Source: Cyanobacteria bacterium P01_D01_bin.156 (lineage in GTDB: Bacteria > Cyanobacteriota > Cyanobacteriia > Phormidesmidales > Phormidesmidaceae). From it: 55,806 nt of DNA. The stretch spans positions 1 through 55,806 of the forward strand of contig JBCCQQ010000043.1 in NCBI GenBank assembly GCA_039024555.1, in the 5' to 3' direction. Numbering within the stretch: position 1 is the first letter of the stretch; each line of letters begins with the position of its first letter. Below the pieces are notes generated by a model, which did not search any database, was not told the DNA's origin, and saw nothing but the letters and a program-made list of their open reading frames with translations. The translations under genes were made by a program, and so were the position numbers. Below, piece by piece: positions 17,660 through 26,325 of this stretch.

Positions 17660-19384
17660 GTGATGCTCTTGCTTTGTGGTGTTGTCCCTTCACCCACAAG
17701 CACCATGACACCTGCACCTGTAATGCAGCGGTCGACACAGTCTTTTACTTGCGTCAAAGAAACCGACGATGCATATCTGAGACTGTTCTGTCACCGCTAT
17801 GACTTTCTTTTTGCCCCACATCCAGATCCTGGCCATAGACCAGATTGGGTCACTGAATCTCGATATCCCCTAAGTGATAGAAGACTCATTCAAGGGTCGT
17901 ATCTCTATGGGGTTCGGTTCGGTAAAAACACCAGGTATGCGATGCTCGACATCGATGCTGGCAGCCCATACCATCCTCGCCGTGACCGCATGGCTATTGA
18001 CAGAATAGTGGATGCACTTGCTCCACTGGGATTAGAAGAACACCTCACTGTCACCAGCTCTGATAGTAAAGGGCTCCATTTATATTTTCCCTTTGATATT
18101 GATTTGCCATCGTGGAAGGTCGGCCTGGCCATCACCACCTTGCTAGAGAACAGAGGCTTTAAATGCTTGGGAGGGTGGTTAGAGGTATTTCCTAACCCGA
18201 AACCCTTTACTAGCAATGGCTCTATTAGTTTGTATCATGGCCATCGCTTGCCCATGCAGCAGGGCTCATATCTGTTGAATCAGGATTTATGTCCCATTAC
18301 TGGTGGAGCGCAAACGTTCGCTCGTTTATGGCAGGCCACGGAACGGCGCAACAGCATTGACAAAACCATCCTTGAACAAACGATCGCACAATCAAAGCGC
18401 ACAGTCTATCGCATCTCTACCAGCGCCGAGAAGTTTCTCAATGATATGAATGCTGATATCGAACCTGGATGGACAGGCAAGGGGCAAACCAATGAATTAT
18501 TGGGTGGCATCGCCCGACGGTCTTACATTTTTGGCCACATTCTGGGAGCGTCTGAACCGCTCACCGGCGAGGACTTAGTTGCTGACATCGTTAAGGTAGC
18601 CAAGGGCTTACCTGGTTTCAAAGACTGGTGTGGCCATCAACATGATTTAGAGAGCCGAGCACAGGACTGGGCACGGTGTGTTGAAGCCAGTCACTATTAT
18701 CACTATGGCAACAACACACCATTGAAGGTACTGAACCCTAAAGTCAAACAACTAACCCTGTGGAACCAGCAACAGTTGGATAAAGCACGAGTCAAAATCA
18801 AAGAGGCCGTTCTGGGGTTATTTAGGGCAAACAGTTGGCCAGAAACCATTAAGGAGCGTGTGGCACTACTGCTTAAGAACGGAATGAGTAAGGCCACCCT
18901 CTATAAGCACAAAGACCTCTGGCACCCTTCAGCGGAGGGTGCGAAAACAGCGCCTGTAGAAAACCCCCCAGACCCCCCGATCTTTCAAGAGGGGGCGGGG
19001 GATGGTGAAGCCACCCCCGCATCCCCTACAAGCTTATTGGGTGAGATTGGGTGTACCTCCTCTAACGGCAACAACTTGAGCGGTGAAGATACAAAAGAAA
19101 TCAAAAACGCAGGGTGTACTTTAAATGGCCATCAGCAACAACCTGGCGATCGCCAACATCCATTCCATCTTACGCTTCCTATCAAGCAAGCCTTAGCAGC
19201 CCAGCAAACTGCACGGAAAGCCAAAGAACAGGCACAACGGGAATCACGCCAACGCCAACAGCGGGATAAAGCCCCTGATCCTGCATACATCGCCTACTTA
19301 CGGGCTTTACAGGCTACAGGTGAACCTATCCTGGTCAAGGAGGCAACTGGCATTTTAGAGCGGTTGGGGCTATCGCCAGGGTAG
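17660..19384 (+). CDS. AEP (archaeo-eukaryotic primase) superfamily plasmid Rep, cyanobacterial type
   Basis: AMLDID (DxD), SSDSKGLHLYF (SxxxGxH) and LEVFPN motifs; helical domain; HTH GMSKATLYKHKDLWHP. Likely start 17705. Confidence 0.75.
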   Translation: MMLLLCGVVPSPTSTMTPAPVMQRSTQSFTCVKETDDAYLRLFCHRYDFLFAPHPDPGHRPDWVTESRYPLSDRRLIQGSYLYGVRFGKNTRYAMLDIDAGSPYHPRRDRMAIDRIVDALAPLGLEEHLTVTSSDSKGLHLYFPFDIDLPSWKVGLAITTLLENRGFKCLGGWLEVFPNPKPFTSNGSISLYHGHRLPMQQGSYLLNQDLCPITGGAQTFARLWQATERRNSIDKTILEQTIAQSKRTVYRISTSAEKFLNDMNADIEPGWTGKGQTNELLGGIARRSYIFGHILGASEPLTGEDLVADIVKVAKGLPGFKDWCGHQHDLESRAQDWARCVEASHYYHYGNNTPLKVLNPKVKQLTLWNQQQLDKARVKIKEAVLGLFRANSWPETIKERVALLLKNGMSKATLYKHKDLWHPSAEGAKTAPVENPPDPPIFQEGAGDGEATPASPTSLLGEIGCTSSNGNNLSGEDTKEIKNAGCTLNGHQQQPGDRQHPFHLTLPIKQALAAQQTARKAKEQAQRESRQRQQRDKAPDPAYIAYLRALQATGEPILVKEATGILERLGLSPG

Positions 19385-19684
19385 GGGGCATTCTATGCCA
19401 ATGAATGAATGTGCTGATTATTGGGCTTCACAAGGGGTTGATCCCTTCAATGCCATGTTGACCGTAGGCTGCAACACCAAGAGTGGCTCAGATGTTTTGG
19501 GTGGGGTCATATTTCTTGCACTGCTGATACTTGGTGTTGTGATAGCCAAAAAAACAGGCCAGCTGTAAGACGTAGCTTAATAAACTTTCCGTTACGTCCA
19601 GAATGCAGTGCATATAGTAGTAGAAATCTGGATACTTTGCTGTAATGTTTACCCTAGAAATTAACGAGTACAGCAAAACTTACA

Positions 19685-20329
19685 ATGAGTGCTTTCGACC
19701 GCTCAGAACACGTATATACATCTCAAGATTTCGATGAAATCATCAAAGATACGATACGTTTCTTCAATGGGACGCCAGTTTATAATATATCGCTGCCTGA
19801 ACGATTTCATGGCACTGGTGTCTATGCAATATATTGCATCGCTAAGAGTGGCGTGTATGCCAGATATAACTTAATCAATAGAACAGCGTTTCGTATCCCA
19901 ATTTACGTAGGGAAAGCGGTTCCAAAAGGTTGGAGACAAGCAAGGCAAATTCAAAACGCTCAGACCAAGAGATATGAGCTGCATGGACGATTAAGAGAGC
20001 ATGGACGAAGCCTTACTGTTGGAGAAGGGTTAGAAATTACTGATTTCCACTGCCGCTTCATGATTCTTGAAGGCAAGGAAAGTGACCTCATTGGAACAGT
20101 TGAAGCCGCATTAATACGAAAGTACCAACCTTTGTGGAATACTCTTATTGATGGGTTTGGCAACCATGATCCTGGGAAAGGGCGATATGAACAAGCTAAA
20201 TCAGACTGGGATGTCTGTCATCCTGGGCGAGCGTGGGCTGAAAAGTGCTTAGGCATTCATAGCAGTAAAGAAGAACTATTAAAATCAATTGGCGTATTTG
20301 TTGAGGGCATCAATGAAGAAGAGAACTAA
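19685..20329 (+). CDS. Eco29kI-family GIY-YIG type II restriction endonuclease
   Basis: GVYAIY, PIYVGKA, RLREH and E..LIRKYQPLWN..IDGFGNHDPGKGR..SDWD..HPGR.WA. Confidence 0.92.
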   Translation: MSAFDRSEHVYTSQDFDEIIKDTIRFFNGTPVYNISLPERFHGTGVYAIYCIAKSGVYARYNLINRTAFRIPIYVGKAVPKGWRQARQIQNAQTKRYELHGRLREHGRSLTVGEGLEITDFHCRFMILEGKESDLIGTVEAALIRKYQPLWNTLIDGFGNHDPGKGRYEQAKSDWDVCHPGRAWAEKCLGIHSSKEELLKSIGVFVEGINEEEN

Positions 20330-21467
20330 ACCCTCTTGCTTAGAATTATTTGCAGGTGCAGGTGGGCTAGCCACTGGCATTGAACTCGCTGGTATAGACC
20401 ACCAAGGCTTTGTTGAATGGGACAAGAATGCCTGCCAAACATTGGCACAAAATTATCAAAGTACACTCGTTCATCACAACGATATACGCGAGTTTGACTT
20501 TAGCAGTTTTAATGATGTTGATATCATATCTGGTGGACCTCCTTGCCAACCATTTTCTCTTGGTGGAAAACATAAAGGCAGCATGGATCAAAGGGATATG
20601 TTCCCATACGCCTGTAAAGCAATTGCTATTTGTAACCCAAAAGCATTTATTTTTGAAAATGTTAAGGGTCTTCTGAGAAAGTCTTTTAGTAGCTATTTTG
20701 AATATGTCATCTTGAGACTAACCTATCCCGAGGTATCACCCAAAAAGTCCGAATCTTGGGAAGAGCACCTCACTCGGTTAGAAGAAATTCATACGTCAGG
20801 ACAATACACTGGCACCAAGTACAATGTGGTTTTCAGATTAGTAGATGCAGCAGATTACGGAGTTCCTCAGCGAAGAGAACGTGTTTTTATCGTAGGTATT
20901 AGAGAAGATCTCGATATCAAGTGGTCATTTCCGAAAAAAACACATTCTATTGATGCCCTACTGCACTCCCAATATATCGACTACTCGTATTGGGATAAAC
21001 ATAATACTGAACCTTTAGGAATCGAGAAACTCGACAAAAGGGTTCAACAAAGAATCAATAGTCTTAAAAATAAGCCAACGCTTTTTCCACCTCAATTTCA
21101 GCCTTGGAAAACAGTGAGAGATCAAATAGGGATGCTACCAGAACCAGATACATCGGGCAGCTTTGACACTGAGCACATCTATAGAGACGGAGCTAGGTCA
21201 TACCCAGGACATACAGGTAGCTATATTGACCTACCTTCAAAAGCCATTAAGGCTGGTGATCATGGCGTTCCTGGTGGTGAAAATATGATTCGTTACCATG
21301 ATGGTTCGATACGTTATTTCACTACCTATGAGGCCAAGCGCATTCAAACATTTCCTAGCAATTACAGAATTCAAGGGTCTTGGACAGAAGCAATGAGGCA
21401 AATTGGTAATGCAGTTCCTGTTGAGCTCGGACATTGCGTTGCACAGTCCCTAGCTAAAGTTCTTTAG
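20313..21467 (+). CDS. C5-cytosine DNA methyltransferase, cognate of the REase
   Basis: ELFAGAGG, GGPPCQPFS, FENVKG, YGVPQRRERV and QIGNAVP motifs. Confidence 0.95.
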   Translation: MKKRTKPSCLELFAGAGGLATGIELAGIDHQGFVEWDKNACQTLAQNYQSTLVHHNDIREFDFSSFNDVDIISGGPPCQPFSLGGKHKGSMDQRDMFPYACKAIAICNPKAFIFENVKGLLRKSFSSYFEYVILRLTYPEVSPKKSESWEEHLTRLEEIHTSGQYTGTKYNVVFRLVDAADYGVPQRRERVFIVGIREDLDIKWSFPKKTHSIDALLHSQYIDYSYWDKHNTEPLGIEKLDKRVQQRINSLKNKPTLFPPQFQPWKTVRDQIGMLPEPDTSGSFDTEHIYRDGARSYPGHTGSYIDLPSKAIKAGDHGVPGGENMIRYHDGSIRYFTTYEAKRIQTFPSNYRIQGSWTEAMRQIGNAVPVELGHCVAQSLAKVL

Positions 21468-22141
21468 GTCTCCGTTTGAACGACTTCTAACGGTGCGATT
21501 GCGATCGCCATTGCTTCATCGATTAAGGTCTGTGCAGCCTTGAGTCGAGTATTGACCATCTTCAATCGTTCGCGTCTTTCGATCCCTAAGCGACCCTCAA
21601 TGTTGCGTGGGTCATCGTTATGGCTCAAGTGAATTACTCGTACACGATCCTCTTCTGCCGCTGGTTCAAAAATTCGTTCGGTCGCTGTTAATTTGTTGTA
21701 CCAGTAAACGTTCCAGGTTTGTTCTTTCTCGCCATTCTCATCTTCAATGACATAGCTGGGACGTTTCACATTGTAAGCATGAGCAAACACCCCCGCTGGG
21801 GCAATATAGCCTTCTTCATAGGTCTGAAGGTGCTCACTAAGAGCGGATAATTGACTCGTGAGATCGTCAATCTGTGCAGTGGTGCCAAAATCATCAACTG
21901 ACTGCGCACAGCCACGGTCGTGAAGCATCATTAGGGCTGCCGCATGGCGCGTAACCCTTAGATATTCTTGTATCCGTCGTCGCGACTCCACCCGAATACG
22001 GATTAGCTCGATTTCTTCTTCTGGTGTGTATTCCTGAGCGCGGCCACAGGTTGCCCAATTGAGGCAGTCTTTGGGCTCCAAGGTAGCATCTTGCATCATG
22101 GAGGCACAGTTAAAGCCTAGTCCGCATTTTTTCCTCGGCAT
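21464..22141 (-). CDS. Hypothetical protein (Cys-containing N-terminus)
   Basis: 225-aa ORF preceded by the N20 operator; a fragment of its 3' end is duplicated at about 24.8-24.9 kb. Confidence 0.7.
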   Translation of the reverse strand: MPRKKCGLGFNCASMMQDATLEPKDCLNWATCGRAQEYTPEEEIELIRIRVESRRRIQEYLRVTRHAAALMMLHDRGCAQSVDDFGTTAQIDDLTSQLSALSEHLQTYEEGYIAPAGVFAHAYNVKRPSYVIEDENGEKEQTWNVYWYNKLTATERIFEPAAEEDRVRVIHLSHNDDPRNIEGRLGIERRERLKMVNTRLKAAQTLIDEAMAIAIAPLEVVQTET

Positions 22142-22148
22142 GGCTATT

Positions 22149-22186
22149 TGTTCTAGCGCAACAGTATAAGTATATCAGCTAGAACA
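22149..22186. promoter_or_regulatory. TGTTCTAGC-N20-GCTAGAACA operator, copy 2
   Basis: Perfect 9-bp arms; minus-strand TATACT in the spacer. Confidence 0.72.
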
Positions 22187-22209
22187 ATACTCAGCACCTG
22201 GGCTCTTCG

Positions 22210-22404
22210 TTATCTAGGGTCAATATCCTGTACAGCCAGTGCCTCTCGAATCTTGCTGGCAGCAGCAATCATGGTATATGCCTCATCGCTATCGACCGCA
22301 CGACGCAGGTAATCATCAAACGTCGCCCGTTTCATAAATTGTGCGATCGCGAGGGCTTCTGCTGCCGTCAACGTCGCTTGAATCTGGATTGAATGTTCGT
22401 CCAT
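22210..22404 (-). CDS. Small conserved-looking plasmid hypothetical protein
   Basis: AEALAIAQFMKRATFDDYLRRAVDSDEAYTM pattern; has its own operator upstream. Confidence 0.7.
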   Translation of the reverse strand: MDEHSIQIQATLTAAEALAIAQFMKRATFDDYLRRAVDSDEAYTMIAAASKIREALAVQDIDPR

Positions 22405-22417
22405 GATGTTGACCTAA

Positions 22418-22455
22418 TGTTCTAGCGTTATAATTATATTTTATCAGCTAGAACA
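22418..22455. promoter_or_regulatory. TGTTCTAGC-N20-GCTAGAACA operator, copy 3
   Basis: Perfect 9-bp arms; minus-strand TATAAT in the spacer. Confidence 0.72.
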
Positions 22456-22471
22456 TTGAGACACCAATCCC

Positions 22472-23737
22472 CTAGCAATGAGCAATAGCGATTTCATTCC
22501 AGCACGTTGTATACCTGGGCGAACGGTTTTGGCTTTTCATCTGCCAATCTCTTTTAATGCCTTGCGCTGCGAGAAATACAGTGCCCTTGCCGAACCGTTC
22601 ATTCATCGTATCCATAATCTTCATGAGCTTGTCTTGTTCTGTATATTTGGCAGGCGCTAATAAACTGGTCTGAGCTTCTTCAGCTTGGACGATATCGAGC
22701 AGCATCACCCCGCATTTGTGATACCGATAACCAGGCTTATACAGCGCGGCTAAATTTCGACGCACTGCCTTTACAATCAGTCTTGCATCATTGGTAGGGT
22801 TGTTGAAAACATATGTTTTACTTGCTCGGTATTGGGCATCAACACGACTGAATGGATTGGTTTTAAGGAATACACGAACAGCGCCAGCACGCCCATCTTG
22901 CCGACGTAACTTCTCACTAGCACGGACGCCGTAATTGGCAGCTGCTTCTAAGAGATCGTGTCTGTCCGTTGTCAGCTTCCCAAATGAACGGGAGCACATG
23001 ATCGACTGTTTTGGTTCAATATCTGTCTCTAAAGCTAAACAGGAATCACCGCGCAGCTCATGCACAATTCGCTCACCAACGACGTTGAGCTGCTGACGAA
23101 TACTTCTCGGGCTTGCATCTCGTAAATCCGCAGCAGTGTTGATACCTAAAGGCTGCAATCGTTTAGCCCACCGATGGCCTACGCCCCACACATCATCGAT
23201 GGCTACCGTAGGTAAAATCTCATCTTGCATGCTGCGATCGCACAGACTGAACACGCCAGTCTTAGTGCGTTTCTTCGCTATGCGATTGGCAACTTTCGCA
23301 AGCGTCTTTGTCGGCCCAATACCGATACAAACTGGGATACCTGTCCACTGTTGAACGGTTGCTTTAACCTCTGCCATGTAAGACTCCAGGTCTCGGTGTG
23401 CAAAACCATCCAACCCTAAAAAAGCCTCGTCTATGGAATATTCCTCAACATATGGGGTAAAGGTATTTAGGCATGACATCACCCGCTGAGACATATCCCC
23501 GTATAAAACATAGTTTGAAGAGAGAATCACCACATTGTTCTTACGACAAATATCACGTACTTTAAATAGAGGTGCGCCCATTGCTATGCCAAGGGATTTG
23601 GCCTCTTCTGAACGGGCAATAATACAGCCATCGTTGTTCGACAAAACAACCACAGGGCGAGATTGCAAAGAAGGATTAAACACACGCTCACAAGAAGCAT
23701 AAAAGTTGTTACAGTCAACGAGTGCAAAAATGGGCAT
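22472..23737 (-). CDS. umuC: DNA polymerase V subunit UmuC (Y family)
   Basis: ALVDCNNFYASCE, VVLSNNDGC, YSIDEAF and C-terminal SPRYTTCW. Confidence 0.96.
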   Translation of the reverse strand: MPIFALVDCNNFYASCERVFNPSLQSRPVVVLSNNDGCIIARSEEAKSLGIAMGAPLFKVRDICRKNNVVILSSNYVLYGDMSQRVMSCLNTFTPYVEEYSIDEAFLGLDGFAHRDLESYMAEVKATVQQWTGIPVCIGIGPTKTLAKVANRIAKKRTKTGVFSLCDRSMQDEILPTVAIDDVWGVGHRWAKRLQPLGINTAADLRDASPRSIRQQLNVVGERIVHELRGDSCLALETDIEPKQSIMCSRSFGKLTTDRHDLLEAAANYGVRASEKLRRQDGRAGAVRVFLKTNPFSRVDAQYRASKTYVFNNPTNDARLIVKAVRRNLAALYKPGYRYHKCGVMLLDIVQAEEAQTSLLAPAKYTEQDKLMKIMDTMNERFGKGTVFLAAQGIKRDWQMKSQNRSPRYTTCWNEIAIAHC

Positions 23738-24190
23738 CTAGATCATTTTATGAATCACGTTCGTAACCACACCCCAGATAGTTAAATCTGTAAACTCGGT
23801 GACTTCAATAGGTGGATATCTCTTGTTGTCTGGGTCTAAGAACATTGTGCTTCCTTGGTAGCGCACACGTTTAACTGTCAGTTCGCCATTAATCGCTGCG
23901 ACCACCACACGGCCAGCTTTGGCAGTGATGCTACGGTCTACTACCAACACATCACCATCAAATATCCCTGCTGGCGTCATTGAATCCCCCGAAGCACGCA
24001 CCATGAAGGTCGCTACGGGGTTTTGGATAAGCAAGTCATTGAGATCCAGTGTTGGCTCAACATAATCATCCGCAGGTGATGGAAATCCTGCGGATACAGG
24101 GCAACCGTAAAAAGGGATATCGTAATGATTGAGCGGAATATAACCGCCGTACACTTCGACTCTTTCCCTATAGTACGTTTGAACTGCCAT
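23738..24190 (-). CDS. umuD: UmuD/LexA-like S24 peptidase subunit
   Basis: VSAGFPSPADDY, GDSM, GELTVKR and WGVVT motifs; start uncertain (ORF extends to 24226). Confidence 0.93.
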   Translation of the reverse strand: MAVQTYYRERVEVYGGYIPLNHYDIPFYGCPVSAGFPSPADDYVEPTLDLNDLLIQNPVATFMVRASGDSMTPAGIFDGDVLVVDRSITAKAGRVVVAAINGELTVKRVRYQGSTMFLDPDNKRYPPIEVTEFTDLTIWGVVTNVIHKMI

Positions 24191-24297
24191 CAATGTACTG
24201 TAGGGGCACTGTAGGAATTCAGTCAAGAGCTAGAGGACGTCGACATTACGAACAGAACTTATGTACTATATGGTGGTAAACCATAATTGCTATCACC

Positions 24298-24663
24298 ATG
24301 AGTCAAGTGTTTTCGGTATCCGATGTGAATGGCCGCGATCGTAATCTAATCGAGAAAGTTTATAACCGAATAGATGACGTTGCGCGTCGAAGTGACTGGG
24401 ATAGCTATTGGATTGAGAAAGGTTTAGAGTCCCCTACGGATTTCACACCAAATCGGAAATTTATTCATGATGGTAAGGAATGGACATATGGGAGTCCTCA
24501 TGAAGAAGCCACTTTACGTACATCAGAGATCAACCAATTTATTGATATTGCACTTGATGAAGTGAAGGGTGAACTCACACGGAATTCAAAACTTTTATCG
24601 TCAATATCTACCGATAATGTGCGAGATCTTATCGAGAAGTTTTCAAGGATGGGAATGTTTTAA
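24298..24663 (+). CDS. Hypothetical protein
   Basis: 121-aa ATG ORF at the left edge of the AT-richer island. Confidence 0.6.
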   Translation: MSQVFSVSDVNGRDRNLIEKVYNRIDDVARRSDWDSYWIEKGLESPTDFTPNRKFIHDGKEWTYGSPHEEATLRTSEINQFIDIALDEVKGELTRNSKLLSSISTDNVRDLIEKFSRMGMF

Positions 24664-24803
24664 ATATATCTTCTTTAAGGAATATAAGGTTTAAAGTAAG
24701 GTATTAGTTGTGCTGTGGATGCAACTCAGAGATTTGAATGCCACAAAAGTGACATCTTCTTCTAAAAATAAAGTTCCTAATAGGGGTGCGTCACTACCCC
24801 TAT

Positions 24804-24917
24804 TACATTGTGTTCCACAGTCCATAGCTATAGTTCTTTAGGCATCCGTTTGAACGGTTTCTAGCAGTGCGGTTGCAATCGCCATAGCCCTATCGATCAA
24901 GGATTAAGCAGCGTTGA
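24804..24917. pseudogene. Degenerate duplicate of the MTase 3' end / 21464..22141 3' end junction
   Basis: acattgtgttccacagtccatagctatagttctttaggcatccgtttgaacg... aligns with acattgcgttgcacagtccctagctaaagttctttaggtctccgtttgaacg... at 21431-21544. Confidence 0.75.
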
Positions 24918-25168
24918 TCCGAATTTCGTACGTATCTCGTTCAGGAGGCTAGTAGAGATAAAACTCACCATAACTCCAGTAGTATCGTGAAATCATGTTT
25001 TTTATACGACATGGTCACGTGCAGATTAAACCAAGCGTTTTGCTAATTATCTGATGACTTATACAGCCATTGAAAACGGACACCCTTATGCTAGTAAATG
25101 ATTGTGCTTATGCTGGAAAGTTGTAAAATCAAAGCCTCATATCTCAATATATAAGAACAGATACTCCG

Positions 25169-26245
25169 TTGAATAAAATAGAAACTTGCTGTTCAAAGGG
25201 TGATTCCATGCTGGAATGGAAGCTTACAAAAGATTCTTCAGTCGATTTTGCTGATGCTATCAGTCACCATGTACACGCCATTGCCAAAAAAGCATTCCCT
25301 GATCTTTTACCTTTTTTCCCCTCTGGGGCAGCAGGACAATTTAAACTATTTTTAGGCTCTCAGTTTATTTGTGGCTGGGTTGAACTTAATCCACAAAGCC
25401 CCATTTGGGTTGGAGGCGGGTATACAGAAACCTATCATCAAAAAGACTTAGCAACGCTTGTTGATCAGCTTCCAGATTCAAAAGATTGCATCTGGTCTCC
25501 TGAGCAGTTGCATGATGTATTTCCATATCAAGCGTACTCATCAAATCGTTTTACCTATGCTGGGCCTTACCTAGAACCGTATGCTGATTGGCCAAACATG
25601 ATGCAACATATTAATCATTGGATTGAGCATGACGTAATTCCATCAATATTGACTGAAAATGAAACACGTATAAGGAGGGTTATACGACCTGCTTGTCCTA
25701 TCAAACCATTAGAAGTATTGAAATCTGTTTATCCCATCGAATGCGAGAATACAATTAAACAAGGGACTGGTTTTATCAGCGAAAAAGGTCAAATGATCAC
25801 ATGTGCTCATGTTCTGGGCTCGAACTCAGTGGTTATAGGTACAGCCCCTGTAGGGCCAACCTACCCAGTCAAGATAACATCTCAAGATGAGACTATTGAT
25901 CTGGCGATTCTTAAAGTAAACAACCTCCCAATAGGTAATCAACTAGAAATTGGCTGTGCTGATAATTTACAAACAGGAGACAACTTATATCTAGTTAGTT
26001 ATCCAAATTATCGAAAAGGTGATACAGGCATGGTCACGCCTGGGGTTATCACTGGATTTCGTATGGTATCAGGCATAAGAAGAATTTTGACTAACATCCC
26101 AATTATTGCGGGTGCTAGCGGTTCCCCAGTGTTGCATGAAAATCGTGTTATCGGTGTTGCTGTGACTGGTGCAGATAGAATGGAAGATGCGCATACAACG
26201 GAAGACCATGGGATTATACCTATTGATGCACTCAAGTACCTTTAA
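25169..26245 (+). CDS. Trypsin-like (S1) serine protease with unknown N-terminal domain
   Basis: QGTGF, TCAHV, DLAIL and GASGSPV give an intact catalytic triad. Start probably 25208. Confidence 0.85.
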   Translation: MNKIETCCSKGDSMLEWKLTKDSSVDFADAISHHVHAIAKKAFPDLLPFFPSGAAGQFKLFLGSQFICGWVELNPQSPIWVGGGYTETYHQKDLATLVDQLPDSKDCIWSPEQLHDVFPYQAYSSNRFTYAGPYLEPYADWPNMMQHINHWIEHDVIPSILTENETRIRRVIRPACPIKPLEVLKSVYPIECENTIKQGTGFISEKGQMITCAHVLGSNSVVIGTAPVGPTYPVKITSQDETIDLAILKVNNLPIGNQLEIGCADNLQTGDNLYLVSYPNYRKGDTGMVTPGVITGFRMVSGIRRILTNIPIIAGASGSPVLHENRVIGVAVTGADRMEDAHTTEDHGIIPIDALKYL

Positions 26246-26325
26246 ACTAAATTATTTTTGTACTCGCTCACATAACTTCTATTGCTTTATCAATTAGGGG
26301 TGAGCTGATTTAAGCCAAGTCGCCA

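Noticed and set aside
24172..24185. LexA box for umuDC (AGTACGTTTGAACT)
   Set aside because: Imperfect match to the cyanobacterial consensus and probably inside the coding region; insufficient support.
25169..26245. Retron system
   Set aside because: The protease resembles retron-fused trypsins, but no reverse transcriptase motif or msr-msd is present.
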